Shown: piece by piece, positions 8,396-17,269 of the stretch | Numbering within the stretch: position 1 is the first letter of the stretch | How the letters are laid out: every line of letters starts with the position of its first letter | Source: a virus | Reading direction: 5' to 3' (one strand) | DNA: 64,000 nt | IMG/VR virus record: IMGVR_UViG_3300042905_003904 | Location: 1-64,000 of that record | The notes under the pieces: model-generated | Seen by the model: only the letters and a program-made list of their open reading frames with translations | What the model was told of the DNA's origin: nothing | Databases searched by the model: none | Translations under genes and position numbers: made by a program

Positions 8396-10174
8396 TTATA
8401 GCAGGCCGGTGCCGAGGATGTCCATCTCGGGGAATTGCAGCGTGAGCGTGCCGGTGATGTAGGTGGACGTGGCGTAGTCGCGCCATGCGACGAATGCAGC
8501 GGCGTGCTGGCGGATGATGCCGTTGCCGGTGATGATGCCGCCGTTGTAGCTGCTGCCGTTGAACGATGCGTTGCCGGTGATGGTGCCGTAGTTGTAGCTG
8601 GAATCGTTGAAGATTGGATCGCCGTAGATGGTGCTGCCGTTGTAGCAGTAGCTGGAATCATTGAAGGTGCAGCTGCCGGTGATGGTGCCGTTGGCTCCGG
8701 TGTAGCTGTAATCGTTAAAGGTGCAGCTGCCGTAGATGTTGGCGTAGCCAGAGACGCCGTTGAAGCTGGTGTCGTTGAACGTGACGGTACCTGTAACGTT
8801 ACCAGCGTTGTAGCTGGAATCGTTGAGCGTGCAGTCTCCGGTGATTCCTCCACTGTTGAAGCTGGTGTCGTTGAACACCCAATTCTGACCAGCGGTATCA
8901 AACACCCATCCGGTTGTGTCCACATACCACCCCTCGTTCCACGCCAGTGTGAACTTGACTGGCGTGAGGCTGGTGAAGGTGACGGTGCCTGTGACGGTGC
9001 CTTGCTGTGGGCCGGTGCCACTAGTACTTCCCCCTTGCAATGCCGCGGAGTATTCAGCTTCGGTGAACGATGCGTTGCCGGTGATGTGGCCGTTGTATTC
9101 GTTGAAGCTGCTGTTGTTGAACACACAGTCTCCGGTGATGTAACCGGCGGAGCCGCCCCAAAGACCGTTGGTGCTGTAGTCGTTGAACTCGATAGTGGTG
9201 GCGTTTATCCGGTAATCTGTCGGGCAGCGGTTGTAGGTGGAGTCGTTGAAGGTGACAGTAGTCGCCGAGATAGCATAACTGTTGTAGCTGGTGTCGTTGA
9301 ACGTGCAGTTGCCGTAGATGGTGCCGGAGTTGTAACTGGAACCGTTGAACACCCATGCGAGTGTGCCAGTCCAGTAGGAGGCGTCCACATTCCATACTTC
9401 TGAGTTTGCCAGCGTAAAGGTGGCTCCGTTCGGGAAATCTACGGTGCCTGAGACTGTGCCCATCTGAGGGTTGAAGAATCCAGTGGTTGCAGTGGAGAAA
9501 GCCGTGTTGGTGAAGGTGGCGTTGCCGGTGATACTGCCGCCGTCAGCATTATAGCTGGAATCGTTGAACGTGCAGTTGCCTGTGAGAGGCCCCCAGTTGT
9601 AGCTGTTGTCGTTGAACGTGCAGTTGCCAGTGAAAGACACGCTGGTTGCCTTAAAGCTATTGTCGTTGAAGGTGGCGTCTCCTGTGAGAACGGCCCAATA
9701 CTCGATCATGCTAGTGTCGTTGAACACAAAGCTGGACGCAGCCAGCGTAACCTCCAGCTTGCTACTCCCATTCACCGTCACAGTCCCGAGCACGTCCGCA
9801 GAAGGAGTGCCTACCACCTTATACGGCCACGTCGAGAGTTGCGTGACGACTGCATCATCTCCGGTGACAGGAACCACATGCAGTTCGCAGGTCAGGTCGC
9901 TCGTCTCGGTGGAGATTGCGGCCTGACTCAGTTCAAACGTCGTTCCGTCCGTGATGCTCGCGACCGTGGTGCCGGTATCAATGCCGTCGCCAGTGATAGG
10001 GCGACCCACCACAAGGCCCGCCGTGCTGTCGCAGGTCACTTCGGTGTCGGTGTCAGTGACAGTCACGCCAGTCAGGGTGCCGGAAAAACCCTCAGTGAAG
10101 GCGGCGTCTGCCCACCAGTTTCCGAGGGTTTCCCAGTTTTGGTCAACTGAGTCTTTGAAGTAGCGTGTGGGCAT
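8396..10174 (-). CDS. Beta-helix repeat protein (putative tail spike/adhesin)
   Basis: Many FND(S/N/T)S(Y/F)N..G.ITG(N/D)(C/A)T repeats; Thr-rich N-terminal domain. Confidence 0.8.
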   Translation of the reverse strand: MPTRYFKDSVDQNWETLGNWWADAAFTEGFSGTLTGVTVTDTDTEVTCDSTAGLVVGRPITGDGIDTGTTVASITDGTTFELSQAAISTETSDLTCELHVVPVTGDDAVVTQLSTWPYKVVGTPSADVLGTVTVNGSSKLEVTLAASSFVFNDTSMIEYWAVLTGDATFNDNSFKATSVSFTGNCTFNDNSYNWGPLTGNCTFNDSSYNADGGSITGNATFTNTAFSTATTGFFNPQMGTVSGTVDFPNGATFTLANSEVWNVDASYWTGTLAWVFNGSSYNSGTIYGNCTFNDTSYNSYAISATTVTFNDSTYNRCPTDYRINATTIEFNDYSTNGLWGGSAGYITGDCVFNNSSFNEYNGHITGNASFTEAEYSAALQGGSTSGTGPQQGTVTGTVTFTSLTPVKFTLAWNEGWYVDTTGWVFDTAGQNWVFNDTSFNSGGITGDCTLNDSSYNAGNVTGTVTFNDTSFNGVSGYANIYGSCTFNDYSYTGANGTITGSCTFNDSSYCYNGSTIYGDPIFNDSSYNYGTITGNASFNGSSYNGGIITGNGIIRQHAAAFVAWRDYATSTYITGTLTLQFPEMDILGTGLL

Positions 10175-10177
10175 AAA

Positions 10178-11323
10178 TTAATCCACGAACTCCGTGAATC
10201 CTCCGATGAGTGAAACGAGGCACCACGCCCCGCCTATGTATTTGAGTTTGAAAACGTAAGACTTGTAAGCCGCGAGGGTCTTGGGGAAGGTTGCCGCACT
10301 GTCACTGGCCTGCTGGATGTCCGCATGGAAGTCCAGCGTGTGAGCACCGTCTGCCCACTGGACGGTCATGGTGATTTCAGAGACGCATTCCGCCGGGGTT
10401 CCGGTCGGCACCTGAAACGTGGTGTTCCCGCTCATATAGCCGTATTGCGTCCCGCCGTTGGCGAGGCTCAAAGTGACATTTCCGGTGAGTTCACCAATCG
10501 AATACGCTCCGACCGGCTTCTGCCCACGAGACCACACCGCAGCACCGGTGGAAGCATCCAAGCAGTAATATGGAGTTCCGTCCGCCATTTCCCACGTCGT
10601 GTCCGTGGTGAAGCCGAGCGTTTCGTCGTCGGTAACGGTAGGGGCAACGGGGGCGTAGAGGACTTTGCGAACCGTCGTGCTATTGTCCGAGAGGACGAAC
10701 AAGTAGCCATTTGCAAACTTATACTCGTAGCCCACCGAGCAAATAATGGAGAATCCTGCGGTGCCAGCGATGCCTTTGTCCGGCGTGGACTGCTGGAATT
10801 TGGAGCCGTTGAACAGATTGACGATTGCGTTCTCGTCCATCGTGCCGCCCGCGAGGGGGAGCTTGGTGGCATCGGTGGCAGGCGCAGCAGTCGTGAGGGT
10901 GCTGCGCCACTTGGACGTGACTGCATTCCAGACGAACAGCACGTCGAGCCGGTCGGTCGAGACGGTCGTGGTCGGCAGGGCGGCTGCACCATTCTCGAAG
11001 GATGCGCCCCATGTGATGGCCCGTGCCGCCGTGCCCTTGACGGAAATCCAAAGTGCCTGCCCGTTCGTCGGCGTTCCGCTGAGATTGTCGGTGAAGGATG
11101 TAATGTCCACCGCCTGCGCCGTGAGATCGTAGCGATCCACGTTGTCGGTGTTGATCGTCGGAGTGGCCGAGGAAGTCGTGGAGCCGATGCGCGGGGTGAT
11201 GCGCTTGTTCGTGAGGATCGTTGTGCCCGACGCAGATATTCCGCCGATACTTGACAAGGCTGCTGAGGCGGTCGACGACCTCATAAAGAGATCAATGTCA
11301 TTACTAACAACCACATTACTCAT
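10178..11323 (-). CDS. Tail-fibre-like protein A2 (paralog of 14164-14667, C-terminally extended)
   Basis: First ~140 aa closely match 14164-14667; contains the fibre motif KLPLAGGTM. Confidence 0.75.
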   Translation of the reverse strand: MSNVVVSNDIDLFMRSSTASAALSSIGGISASGTTILTNKRITPRIGSTTSSATPTINTDNVDRYDLTAQAVDITSFTDNLSGTPTNGQALWISVKGTAARAITWGASFENGAAALPTTTVSTDRLDVLFVWNAVTSKWRSTLTTAAPATDATKLPLAGGTMDENAIVNLFNGSKFQQSTPDKGIAGTAGFSIICSVGYEYKFANGYLFVLSDNSTTVRKVLYAPVAPTVTDDETLGFTTDTTWEMADGTPYYCLDASTGAAVWSRGQKPVGAYSIGELTGNVTLSLANGGTQYGYMSGNTTFQVPTGTPAECVSEITMTVQWADGAHTLDFHADIQQASDSAATFPKTLAAYKSYVFKLKYIGGAWCLVSLIGGFTEFVD

Positions 11324-11360
11324 TGGGAAGGTCCTCCAATATCAAATTTGTTTGCATCTA

Positions 11361-11416
11361 TTATTACTTAGGTGGTCGTTGGTCAAAACCCCCAAGCACT
11401 TTTCACTCGTTCGTCG
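11361..11416 (-). repeat. Direct repeat copy of 14671-14726 (gene 3' end DERVKSAWGF-stop plus TAAGTA promoter)
   Basis: 36 bp with 1 mismatch (11381-11416 vs 14691-14726) plus TTATTACTTAGG at the same 3310-bp offset. Confidence 0.9.
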
Positions 11417-11455
11417 TTGCGAGTTCCTTTGCCGCCCCCCCCGACGGCAAGCGTC

Positions 11456-11601
11456 GCCGAGGATGTAGCGGGTGGCTTGGGTTCGTTCGTGGATGGTCAT
11501 CGGAAGAAACGGAAAAAGTTGGTGGTGTTTCCTGCGGGCGGAGGAGCGGTCGGCGAGTTGAAATACGGGCGCTGGACCAGCGGGACGAGCGGGGACGCGC
11601 C
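11456..11601 (-). repeat. Direct repeat of ~12443-12606 (LamG 3' end plus start of MTIHERTQA mini-ORF)
   Basis: Near-identical DNA encoding GASPLVPL(V/I)QRPYFNSP(T/S)APPPAGNTTNFFRFFR and the downstream sequence. Confidence 0.9.
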
Positions 11602-12282
11602 GAAATACATCCGGCGAATCTCATTGGCTGTCAGCACGCGGTTATACAGGCGGAGGTCGTCCAATTTTCCATTCCACCCATTTCCGCCGGACCATTTGCC
11701 GATGTAGGCGGTGCCTGTGCGCGTAGTTACAACAGTGTGAGCGACTGATCCAGCAGGCAATCCGTCAAAGTAAAAAAACTCCGTCGCGCCATTATAAACC
11801 CACACGGCGTGATGCCACCCGCCGTCGTCGATGTTTGTGAGAGCATTTCCGCGCGCGCCTGCGCCAAACGTGGATGCGTATAGCGTTTTAAACCCCCCTG
11901 AATCCTGAACGCCGACCGTCCACAAATCCACGCCTGACGATGCGCCGCCCCACGCGAATAGAAAACGAGTGCTTGAAGCAGTTGGGGCGCACGTAAACCA
12001 CACAGAGAGACTGCGCGCTCCGCTGCCTGTTGGGAATCCTAGGTCATTTCCCGACGCGAAGCTGCTAGAAGAACCATTTAGCCTCACACTCGCGCCGACG
12101 CGTCCGCTTGCCCACGGCAGAGAACTGCCGGTGAAGTTGTTTCGTCCTCCGTAATCCAGCAGCCGGTTGCCTGTCAGTCCAGCACTAGGGCACCAAAGCC
12201 CCACCAGCCCGCGCCACAATTCTGGATACGCCGATTCACTTGCGTTCTGTGCGATGCCTGCGCTGTAGCCGTATTCGTCCAT
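11497..12282 (-). CDS. LamG/concanavalin-A-like lectin domain protein, copy 2
   Basis: GLVGLW, SLSVWF, DGGWHHAVWVY...FYFDG, NGKLDDLRLYNRVLTANEI. Confidence 0.88.
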   Translation of the reverse strand: MDEYGYSAGIAQNASESAYPELWRGLVGLWCPSAGLTGNRLLDYGGRNNFTGSSLPWASGRVGASVRLNGSSSSFASGNDLGFPTGSGARSLSVWFTCAPTASSTRFLFAWGGASSGVDLWTVGVQDSGGFKTLYASTFGAGARGNALTNIDDGGWHHAVWVYNGATEFFYFDGLPAGSVAHTVVTTRTGTAYIGKWSGGNGWNGKLDDLRLYNRVLTANEIRRMYFGASPLVPLVQRPYFNSPTAPPPAGNTTNFFRFFR

Positions 12283-12349
12283 TACCGGAGGTCGCCGAAC
12301 CGGGTGCGATATTGCAGGCTGTTGCCTGCGCTGGCATGAAGCGCGATGC
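12282..12349 (-). repeat. Direct repeat of 13288-13355 (3' end of the 167-aa gene)
   Basis: 68 bp with 2 mismatches, encoding IALHASAGNSL(Q/K)YRTRFGDLR-stop. Confidence 0.9.
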
Positions 12350-12407
12350 GATCCTGCTGCTCTTTTTTTAGCCGGTCAAATTCTTCGGAATGGTCAGGCT
12401 CGCTCAT
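12282..12407 (-). pseudogene. Chimeric 41-aa junction ORF
   Basis: MSEPDHSEEFDRLKKEQQDR fused in frame to the duplicated C-terminus IALHASAGNSLQYRTRFGDLR. Confidence 0.6.
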
Positions 12408-12487
12408 TTCAGCGCAAGTAAGAGCGCCACGCACGCGATGATGCCGAGGATGTAGCGGGCGGCTTGGGTTCGTTCGTGGATGGTCAT
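12404..12487 (-). CDS. 27-aa hydrophobic mini-protein
   Basis: MTIHERTQAARYILGIIACVALLLALK; ATGA overlap with the next ORF; truncated copy starts at 11500. Confidence 0.45.
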   Translation of the reverse strand: MTIHERTQAARYILGIIACVALLLALK

Positions 12488-12501
12488 GGGTGTGTGGTGA
12501 A

Positions 12502-13287
12502 TCATCTGAAGAATCGGAAAAAGTTGGTGGTGTTTCCTGCGGGCGGAGGAGCGGACGGGGAGTTGAAATACGGGCGCTGGATCAGCGGGACGAGCGGGGA
12601 TGCGCCCTTGAAAGACTGCATGATTTCGGGGGCGGAGAGGGTGCGCTGGTAAACGCGGATGTCATCCATGTCTCCGGTGAAACTTCTTCCGGCTGAGCTG
12701 GCGTAATCATACCCCAACACCAGCGGGTCATTTGCTGGCACGGTCGCGGTGTTTGGAGGCGTGTTGTATGCGTTGGCCGCCCTGAGTGTGCCGTTGATGT
12801 AGATTTTTTTCCCGGCATTGCTCAAAGTCACCGCCACATGAGCCCATTGTCCAACGGTCGGCACGAAGCCGGAATCCAAGCTGTTGAAAAGGTTGGTCAT
12901 GTACTCCAACCCTGTCGCCATTCGGATCGCGAATGGGTAGCCATAATATCCGGTGTCGCATGAAATCAGACCGCATACGGCCGGCATTGTTGCAGTTGGG
13001 CGGAACCAAAGCATCACGGTGAAATTGTTTACCGAGATTTTGTTGCGCAGCGACAACGGCAAATGCACGTAGTTAGGCGCAGTGAAACTCAACGTTTTGC
13101 CACGATTCGTGCTTGTCCGCTTGGTGCCGCTCATTGCGTAGCTGGTCTCGCCACCGCTTAAATCCATAAGCCTCCAGCCCGGCTGCGCGCTTGGAACAAA
13201 CAGGCCCACGAGATTGCGCCACAAATCGGGATACTCCGATTCGCTGGCGTTCCGCGCGATGCCTGCGCTGTATCCGTATTCGTTCAT
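12502..13287 (-). CDS. LamG/concanavalin-A-like lectin domain protein, copy 1
   Basis: FTVMLWFRP, GQWAHVAVT...KIYING, FTGDMDDIRVYQRTLSAPEI. Confidence 0.88.
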   Translation of the reverse strand: MNEYGYSAGIARNASESEYPDLWRNLVGLFVPSAQPGWRLMDLSGGETSYAMSGTKRTSTNRGKTLSFTAPNYVHLPLSLRNKISVNNFTVMLWFRPTATMPAVCGLISCDTGYYGYPFAIRMATGLEYMTNLFNSLDSGFVPTVGQWAHVAVTLSNAGKKIYINGTLRAANAYNTPPNTATVPANDPLVLGYDYASSAGRSFTGDMDDIRVYQRTLSAPEIMQSFKGASPLVPLIQRPYFNSPSAPPPAGNTTNFFRFFR

Positions 13288-13791
13288 TTACCGGAGGTCT
13301 CCGAACCGGGTGCGATATTTCAGGCTGTTGCCTGCGCTGGCATGAAGCGCGATGCCGCTGTAATTCAGCACGACGGCGACGATCTTCTGAGGCGGTCGGA
13401 TGATGGTTAGCTTGCAGGTCTGCGTAGTGCTCTGCGCTTGGAATTGCGGCGTCGCAGCGCCAATCCACGGCGGTGCCACGGTGCCGGGTGCCGTCGAGAA
13501 TGTGTAGGCGGCATCGCTCGCGCCGACTGTCGGCGGGCCAAACTCATAGTTGGTGCCGTCAAGTGAACCAGCGATCCAGAGATACACGCACTTGTCGTTC
13601 GCAACGGTGCCGGTCGTGAGGGACACGGTGAGCAGGAAGTCCACACTCTCTGGCGTGTTGTGGTTCGCGTCGAGCAGGCTGATTTCCGTGGATTGCCTCC
13701 CCGCCGTCGCGGAGGACGCCAGCGAGTTGAGCGTGATGGTCGCGGTGGATACCGCCGCGCCGATGTTGTAGCTGAATGTGGTGGGGTGCAT
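13288..13791 (-). CDS. Hypothetical beta-rich structural protein
   Basis: TITLNSLAS...GRQST, SLDGTNY, VVLNYSG.AL; coupled to the LamG gene. Confidence 0.7.
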   Translation of the reverse strand: MHPTTFSYNIGAAVSTATITLNSLASSATAGRQSTEISLLDANHNTPESVDFLLTVSLTTGTVANDKCVYLWIAGSLDGTNYEFGPPTVGASDAAYTFSTAPGTVAPPWIGAATPQFQAQSTTQTCKLTIIRPPQKIVAVVLNYSGIALHASAGNSLKYRTRFGDLR

Positions 13792-13794
13792 AGA

Positions 13795-14157
13795 TTAAGA
13801 TTGGTTTGCGCGGTCAATGTCTGCGAAGTCCGGTGCCCGCTCGAAGCCGAGCGCCTGCCAGCGGGGTTTCTGGACGGTGCCGAGGGCGTTGATTGCGGCG
13901 AGGTCGTCTGCCGTGATCACGCCGCCTGTCACAAGCTGGCCGAATACGGCCTGCGTGAGCGGGTCGAGCACGTCAATCCGATCGAAGTCAGGGTCGGCCA
14001 CGTAAGCCGGGATTGCTGCGGAAACGGCGGCGAGCTTGCCGAGGCCGAGCAGCGCGATTTTGATGCTGCGACGAGGGATGAGTCCAGCCGGAGCCGGGAC
14101 GAGTCGGAAGAAGTCCGCATCTTTCGCGGCTTCGGATTTGAGTAGGGTGTAGTCCAT
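13795..14157 (-). CDS. Hypothetical protein
   Basis: 120-aa ORF packed in the island operon. Confidence 0.7.
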   Translation of the reverse strand: MDYTLLKSEAAKDADFFRLVPAPAGLIPRRSIKIALLGLGKLAAVSAAIPAYVADPDFDRIDVLDPLTQAVFGQLVTGGVITADDLAAINALGTVQKPRWQALGFERAPDFADIDRANQS

Positions 14158-14163
14158 AGTGTT

Positions 14164-14667
14164 TTAGCCGGAGGCCATGCAGCGCCATTTCGAGGTGACG
14201 GTGTTCCAAATGAATGCCACGTCGAGCCGGTCGGTCGTGACGGTGGTGGTCGGTAGCGCAACCGCCCCCGCTTCAAACGTCGCGCCCCAAGTGATTGCCC
14301 GCGCAGCCGTGCCCGTGATGGCTATCCAGAGCGTCTGCCCCTCCGTAGGGGCGCCGCTCATCCCGAAGCTGGTAATGTCCACCGCCTGCGCGGTTAGGCT
14401 GTAAAAGTCCACGTTGTCCGTGTTGATCGTTGGCGTGGCCGAGGAAGTCGTGGAGCCGATGCGCAGGGTGATGCGCTTGTTCGTGAGTGTTGCCGCGGTG
14501 CTGGCTTCAAGCTTGGCTGCAAGTGCAGCGGCGATGTCCGTGCCAGCCGGATCAACATCAGCAGCCTGGGCGGAGGCTGATAGTCCACCAATACTTGACA
14601 AGGCCTCTGAGGCTGTAGAAGACCTCAAAAAGAGATCAACATCATTACTAATAACAACATCACTCAT
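14164..14667 (-). CDS. Tail-fibre-like protein A1
   Basis: Paralog of the N-terminus of 10178-11323; ends KWRCMASG. Confidence 0.75.
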   Translation of the reverse strand: MSDVVISNDVDLFLRSSTASEALSSIGGLSASAQAADVDPAGTDIAAALAAKLEASTAATLTNKRITLRIGSTTSSATPTINTDNVDFYSLTAQAVDITSFGMSGAPTEGQTLWIAITGTAARAITWGATFEAGAVALPTTTVTTDRLDVAFIWNTVTSKWRCMASG

Positions 14668-14692
14668 TACTTATTACTTAGGCTACTGCAGG

Positions 14693-15577
14693 TCAAAATC
14701 CCCAAGCACTTTTCACTCGTTCGTCGCCCGAATAGTCCTGTTCGTCTCTGGAGTATTTTGGTGCAAAATTGCCCAGTTGCTTATCAATATCGATGTGCTC
14801 GTCTTCTAAACGATCCAGCGCATCTGTTTTATCTGGAAGTTCTCCGGCTTCTTCGTCCCCCTCTTTTCCAGTGGACTTATCAACAGGAACAATTACATTA
14901 CGATTTACTAACCGCTGTAAGAATTTACGAGCTTCCAATTCCCCACCAATAGCGCCATAAACATCATTGATGTTCTTTGGGGTTATTTCTGCTCCAGTGG
15001 GTTCTACTACTTCCCAGACTCTATAGAAAATAGAACGATCATCACCGTCTAACTTACGACCTTCTGCTTCTAATACCTCCCAAGAGGCTTTAGCATTAAA
15101 GCGTTCGCCAGATAATTCTCCACCAGCGGCTTTTACCTTATTCTCAGGAGATTGGCCTGTGCGAGTCTGATTTACCGTTTGTTCTCCACCCCCTTCAGAT
15201 TCTTTGACCTTGATCAGATTAAATTCCTTGGTAGTCAATAGGTTAGAAACCTTCCGAGTCAATTTAACCTGAAGATCCTTACGATTAACCCCCTTAGCCA
15301 CTACCGAATTAATAGTGCCCTGCATCTCCTCATAAGAATTCGGCGGGAACTCTACTAGATCCTTGGCAATCTGGTCTAAAATACCCCGCAATTTATCGGC
15401 TGGAAGACCACCCAACCAAGACTTTCCGGACCATTCTTGGATTAGACCATCGATCTTGCCTTCTGCGAGCTTGGACTGAAATCCTGTTGCATCGATTTCG
15501 ATATTAGAATAGACATCGTTCTTGGCAATGCGCCCTTCTTTAAGGATGGTGTTTACAATGTGATTGAATTTGATCAT
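14693..15577 (-). CDS. Hypothetical late/virion-like protein
   Basis: 294-aa ORF, native AT-rich composition, leader MIKFNHIVNTILKEG. Confidence 0.7.
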   Translation of the reverse strand: MIKFNHIVNTILKEGRIAKNDVYSNIEIDATGFQSKLAEGKIDGLIQEWSGKSWLGGLPADKLRGILDQIAKDLVEFPPNSYEEMQGTINSVVAKGVNRKDLQVKLTRKVSNLLTTKEFNLIKVKESEGGGEQTVNQTRTGQSPENKVKAAGGELSGERFNAKASWEVLEAEGRKLDGDDRSIFYRVWEVVEPTGAEITPKNINDVYGAIGGELEARKFLQRLVNRNVIVPVDKSTGKEGDEEAGELPDKTDALDRLEDEHIDIDKQLGNFAPKYSRDEQDYSGDERVKSAWGF

Positions 15578-15593
15578 AAATTATAATTAGGAC

Positions 15594-15815
15594 TTAGATA
15601 GGTTCGTCTATATGACGATTACCGCTTGAGTGGTGTTTAGAACCTTCTTGGAAGGCGAACCAGAGCATCTTCTTTTCCTTTAGTCTCTCTGGTGGGAAAT
15701 TTTCAATAAACCATGCTTCAAAAGCAGCTGCTAACCCATCAGCGGATTGTTCTTTAATATAAACCTTAGACAAGGCTTCTTCTAGTAATTGATTGTCTGT
15801 ATGATTCATAAACAT
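15594..15815 (-). CDS. Small protein with shared leader
   Basis: NHTDNQLLEEALSKVY resembles the leader of 6435-6881. Confidence 0.6.
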   Translation of the reverse strand: MFMNHTDNQLLEEALSKVYIKEQSADGLAAAFEAWFIENFPPERLKEKKMLWFAFQEGSKHHSSGNRHIDEPI

Positions 15816-16177
15816 TAGGGTCTATAATTAGGAGAATCTGCATCATATCCAGAATCCACATCTAATTCATCTTCCGAGTTTTCTCCAGCAGGAACTTGTC
15901 CTTGCATAAACATCTCAGGCTTCATGCCGTTAATAGAGCCATCAGCCTCTACTTCAGCATAGTGGGTAGCATACCGATTGGGTTTCTTAGAAAGTAAAGC
16001 CGCTTGCGTTCCTTCAATGGCACCAGAAATCCAATTATCAAATTTATAACCATGGCTGGTCAATAAATTAATAGAATGTTCTTGCTCTGGAGAACCTCCT
16101 TCGGTGGAAGGTAAATTTGTTTCGTTATAAACCTTGCGATAGGCTTCACTCAGTAATTCGGAATCGCGATCTTGCAT
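15815..16177 (-). CDS. Small acidic protein with shared leader
   Basis: MQDRDSELLSEAYRKVYNE; upstream TAAGTAATCCAT identical to that before 6435. Confidence 0.65.
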   Translation of the reverse strand: MQDRDSELLSEAYRKVYNETNLPSTEGGSPEQEHSINLLTSHGYKFDNWISGAIEGTQAALLSKKPNRYATHYAEVEADGSINGMKPEMFMQGQVPAGENSEDELDVDSGYDADSPNYRP

Positions 16178-16207
16178 GATGGATTACTTATTCCCCAATA
16201 CTCCCAT

Positions 16208-16858
16208 CTAGTGAATAAGGTTACTATACAAATTAGGATCGGCAATTAAACTCTGTTCTTCTCCAAACGGCTCCCCCTTTTCATTGAGATATAACTTAAT
16301 CATCTCAATGCGTTGCTGTGGATTGCCATAGATCTCTATGAGCGCAGGGCTATCATTTTCCTTGAAAATTCTTCCATCCCCACTCAAATAGGATTGCTGA
16401 AACACCTTGAAAATGTTATCAATTTCCTCTCGCATAACTGGGTCTATTGATCTAAATCCATCATCCACCAGCGGAACCGGGGCTGCAGAGGTGAGGGGAA
16501 GGTAAAAAATAATATCCAACTTACTAAGGGCTTCCCTGCAAGCTAACCTAGATTCATCCAAAAATTTCTCATCCACTTTATCCTTCAAAAATAGCCAAGT
16601 AGAATATGCTAGGTTGTCTAAAGGGCAACGATCAAAGATAACATTAGGCTCCTTGTGTCCTTCTAATTGCTTGATTAAGAATTCTAAAACTACCTGTTGG
16701 GTTTCCTCTGAAGAATTTTCAGAGTGCTTGAGTTTCTTTTGCTTTAAAATATCCCGATAAGATTCAACTGGGGTGCCGTAATTCGGCCAGTTTTTAATAA
16801 AGTCATTAATAAGTGTTGATTTACCAACTGAATTGGCCCCACTACATGCGATTTTCAT
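16208..16858 (-). CDS. P-loop nucleotide kinase (AAA_28/thymidylate-kinase-like)
   Basis: SGANSVGKST; IFDRCPLDNLAY; DDGFR. Confidence 0.8.
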   Translation of the reverse strand: MKIACSGANSVGKSTLINDFIKNWPNYGTPVESYRDILKQKKLKHSENSSEETQQVVLEFLIKQLEGHKEPNVIFDRCPLDNLAYSTWLFLKDKVDEKFLDESRLACREALSKLDIIFYLPLTSAAPVPLVDDGFRSIDPVMREEIDNIFKVFQQSYLSGDGRIFKENDSPALIEIYGNPQQRIEMIKLYLNEKGEPFGEEQSLIADPNLYSNLIH

Positions 16859-16888
16859 ATTTCTATCTTAACTGATCTAGATAGAAAA

Positions 16889-17248
16889 TCACTCAGATTC
16901 TTTTGGGAAACCGCCAATACCAGCATCTGCTATTTGTTCTAAACGAGCCTGAATCTTATCAATATTCTCTGCTGATACGGGAATTTTCTCCACATCCAAA
17001 ATTTGATGCCTCATAGAATCTGGGATATCTAGACTAGAGATAACATCCAACAAACGCAAAGATAATTGAATAAGCCTTTCGGTTTTTACTGGTAGCTTTT
17101 CTTCTGTGGGTGCTGGAATAGCGGAAGGAATTTGGTCTGTTGGGGCGGCTGGAACCTGTTCGTCTGAAATGGGTTCCGTCACAGTCCCTGGCACATCCTC
17201 TAATACTAGGCTAACGGACTTTACTAAGTGGTCAAATTCATTTGTCAT
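16889..17248 (-). CDS. Hypothetical late protein
   Basis: TAAATA 5 nt upstream of ATG; Pro/acidic linker. Confidence 0.6.
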   Translation of the reverse strand: MTNEFDHLVKSVSLVLEDVPGTVTEPISDEQVPAAPTDQIPSAIPAPTEEKLPVKTERLIQLSLRLLDVISSLDIPDSMRHQILDVEKIPVSAENIDKIQARLEQIADAGIGGFPKESE

Positions 17249-17269
17249 ATTGGTATTTAGGTAATTTCT

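Larger units (their letters stand above)
7892..14667 (-). mobile_element. GC-rich horizontally acquired adhesin/tail-fibre island
   Basis: Abrupt shift to GC-rich sequence between primase and the 14693 gene; co-oriented lectin/fibre genes; internal direct repeats; no integrase seen. Confidence 0.75.

Noticed and set aside
8396-10174. Periodic GTTGAA/GTAGCTG DNA repeats as a CRISPR array
   Set aside because: They are degenerate codon-level repeats of a protein motif, not identical repeats with unique spacers; no cas genes
11456-12606. LamG 3' repeats as a DGR template/variable repeat pair
   Set aside because: Mismatches are not confined to adenines of one copy, both copies are coding, and no reverse transcriptase is in the window
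7892-14726. Invertible shufflon or integrase-driven prophage
   Set aside because: Repeats are direct, all genes are co-oriented and no site-specific recombinase is visible in the window
7998-14809. Many long overlapping or antisense ORFs in the GC island (e.g. 8435-9403, 10325-11254, 8365-9126)
   Set aside because: Shadow frames expected from GC-rich, repetitive coding DNA; the minus-strand gene set tiles the region coherently
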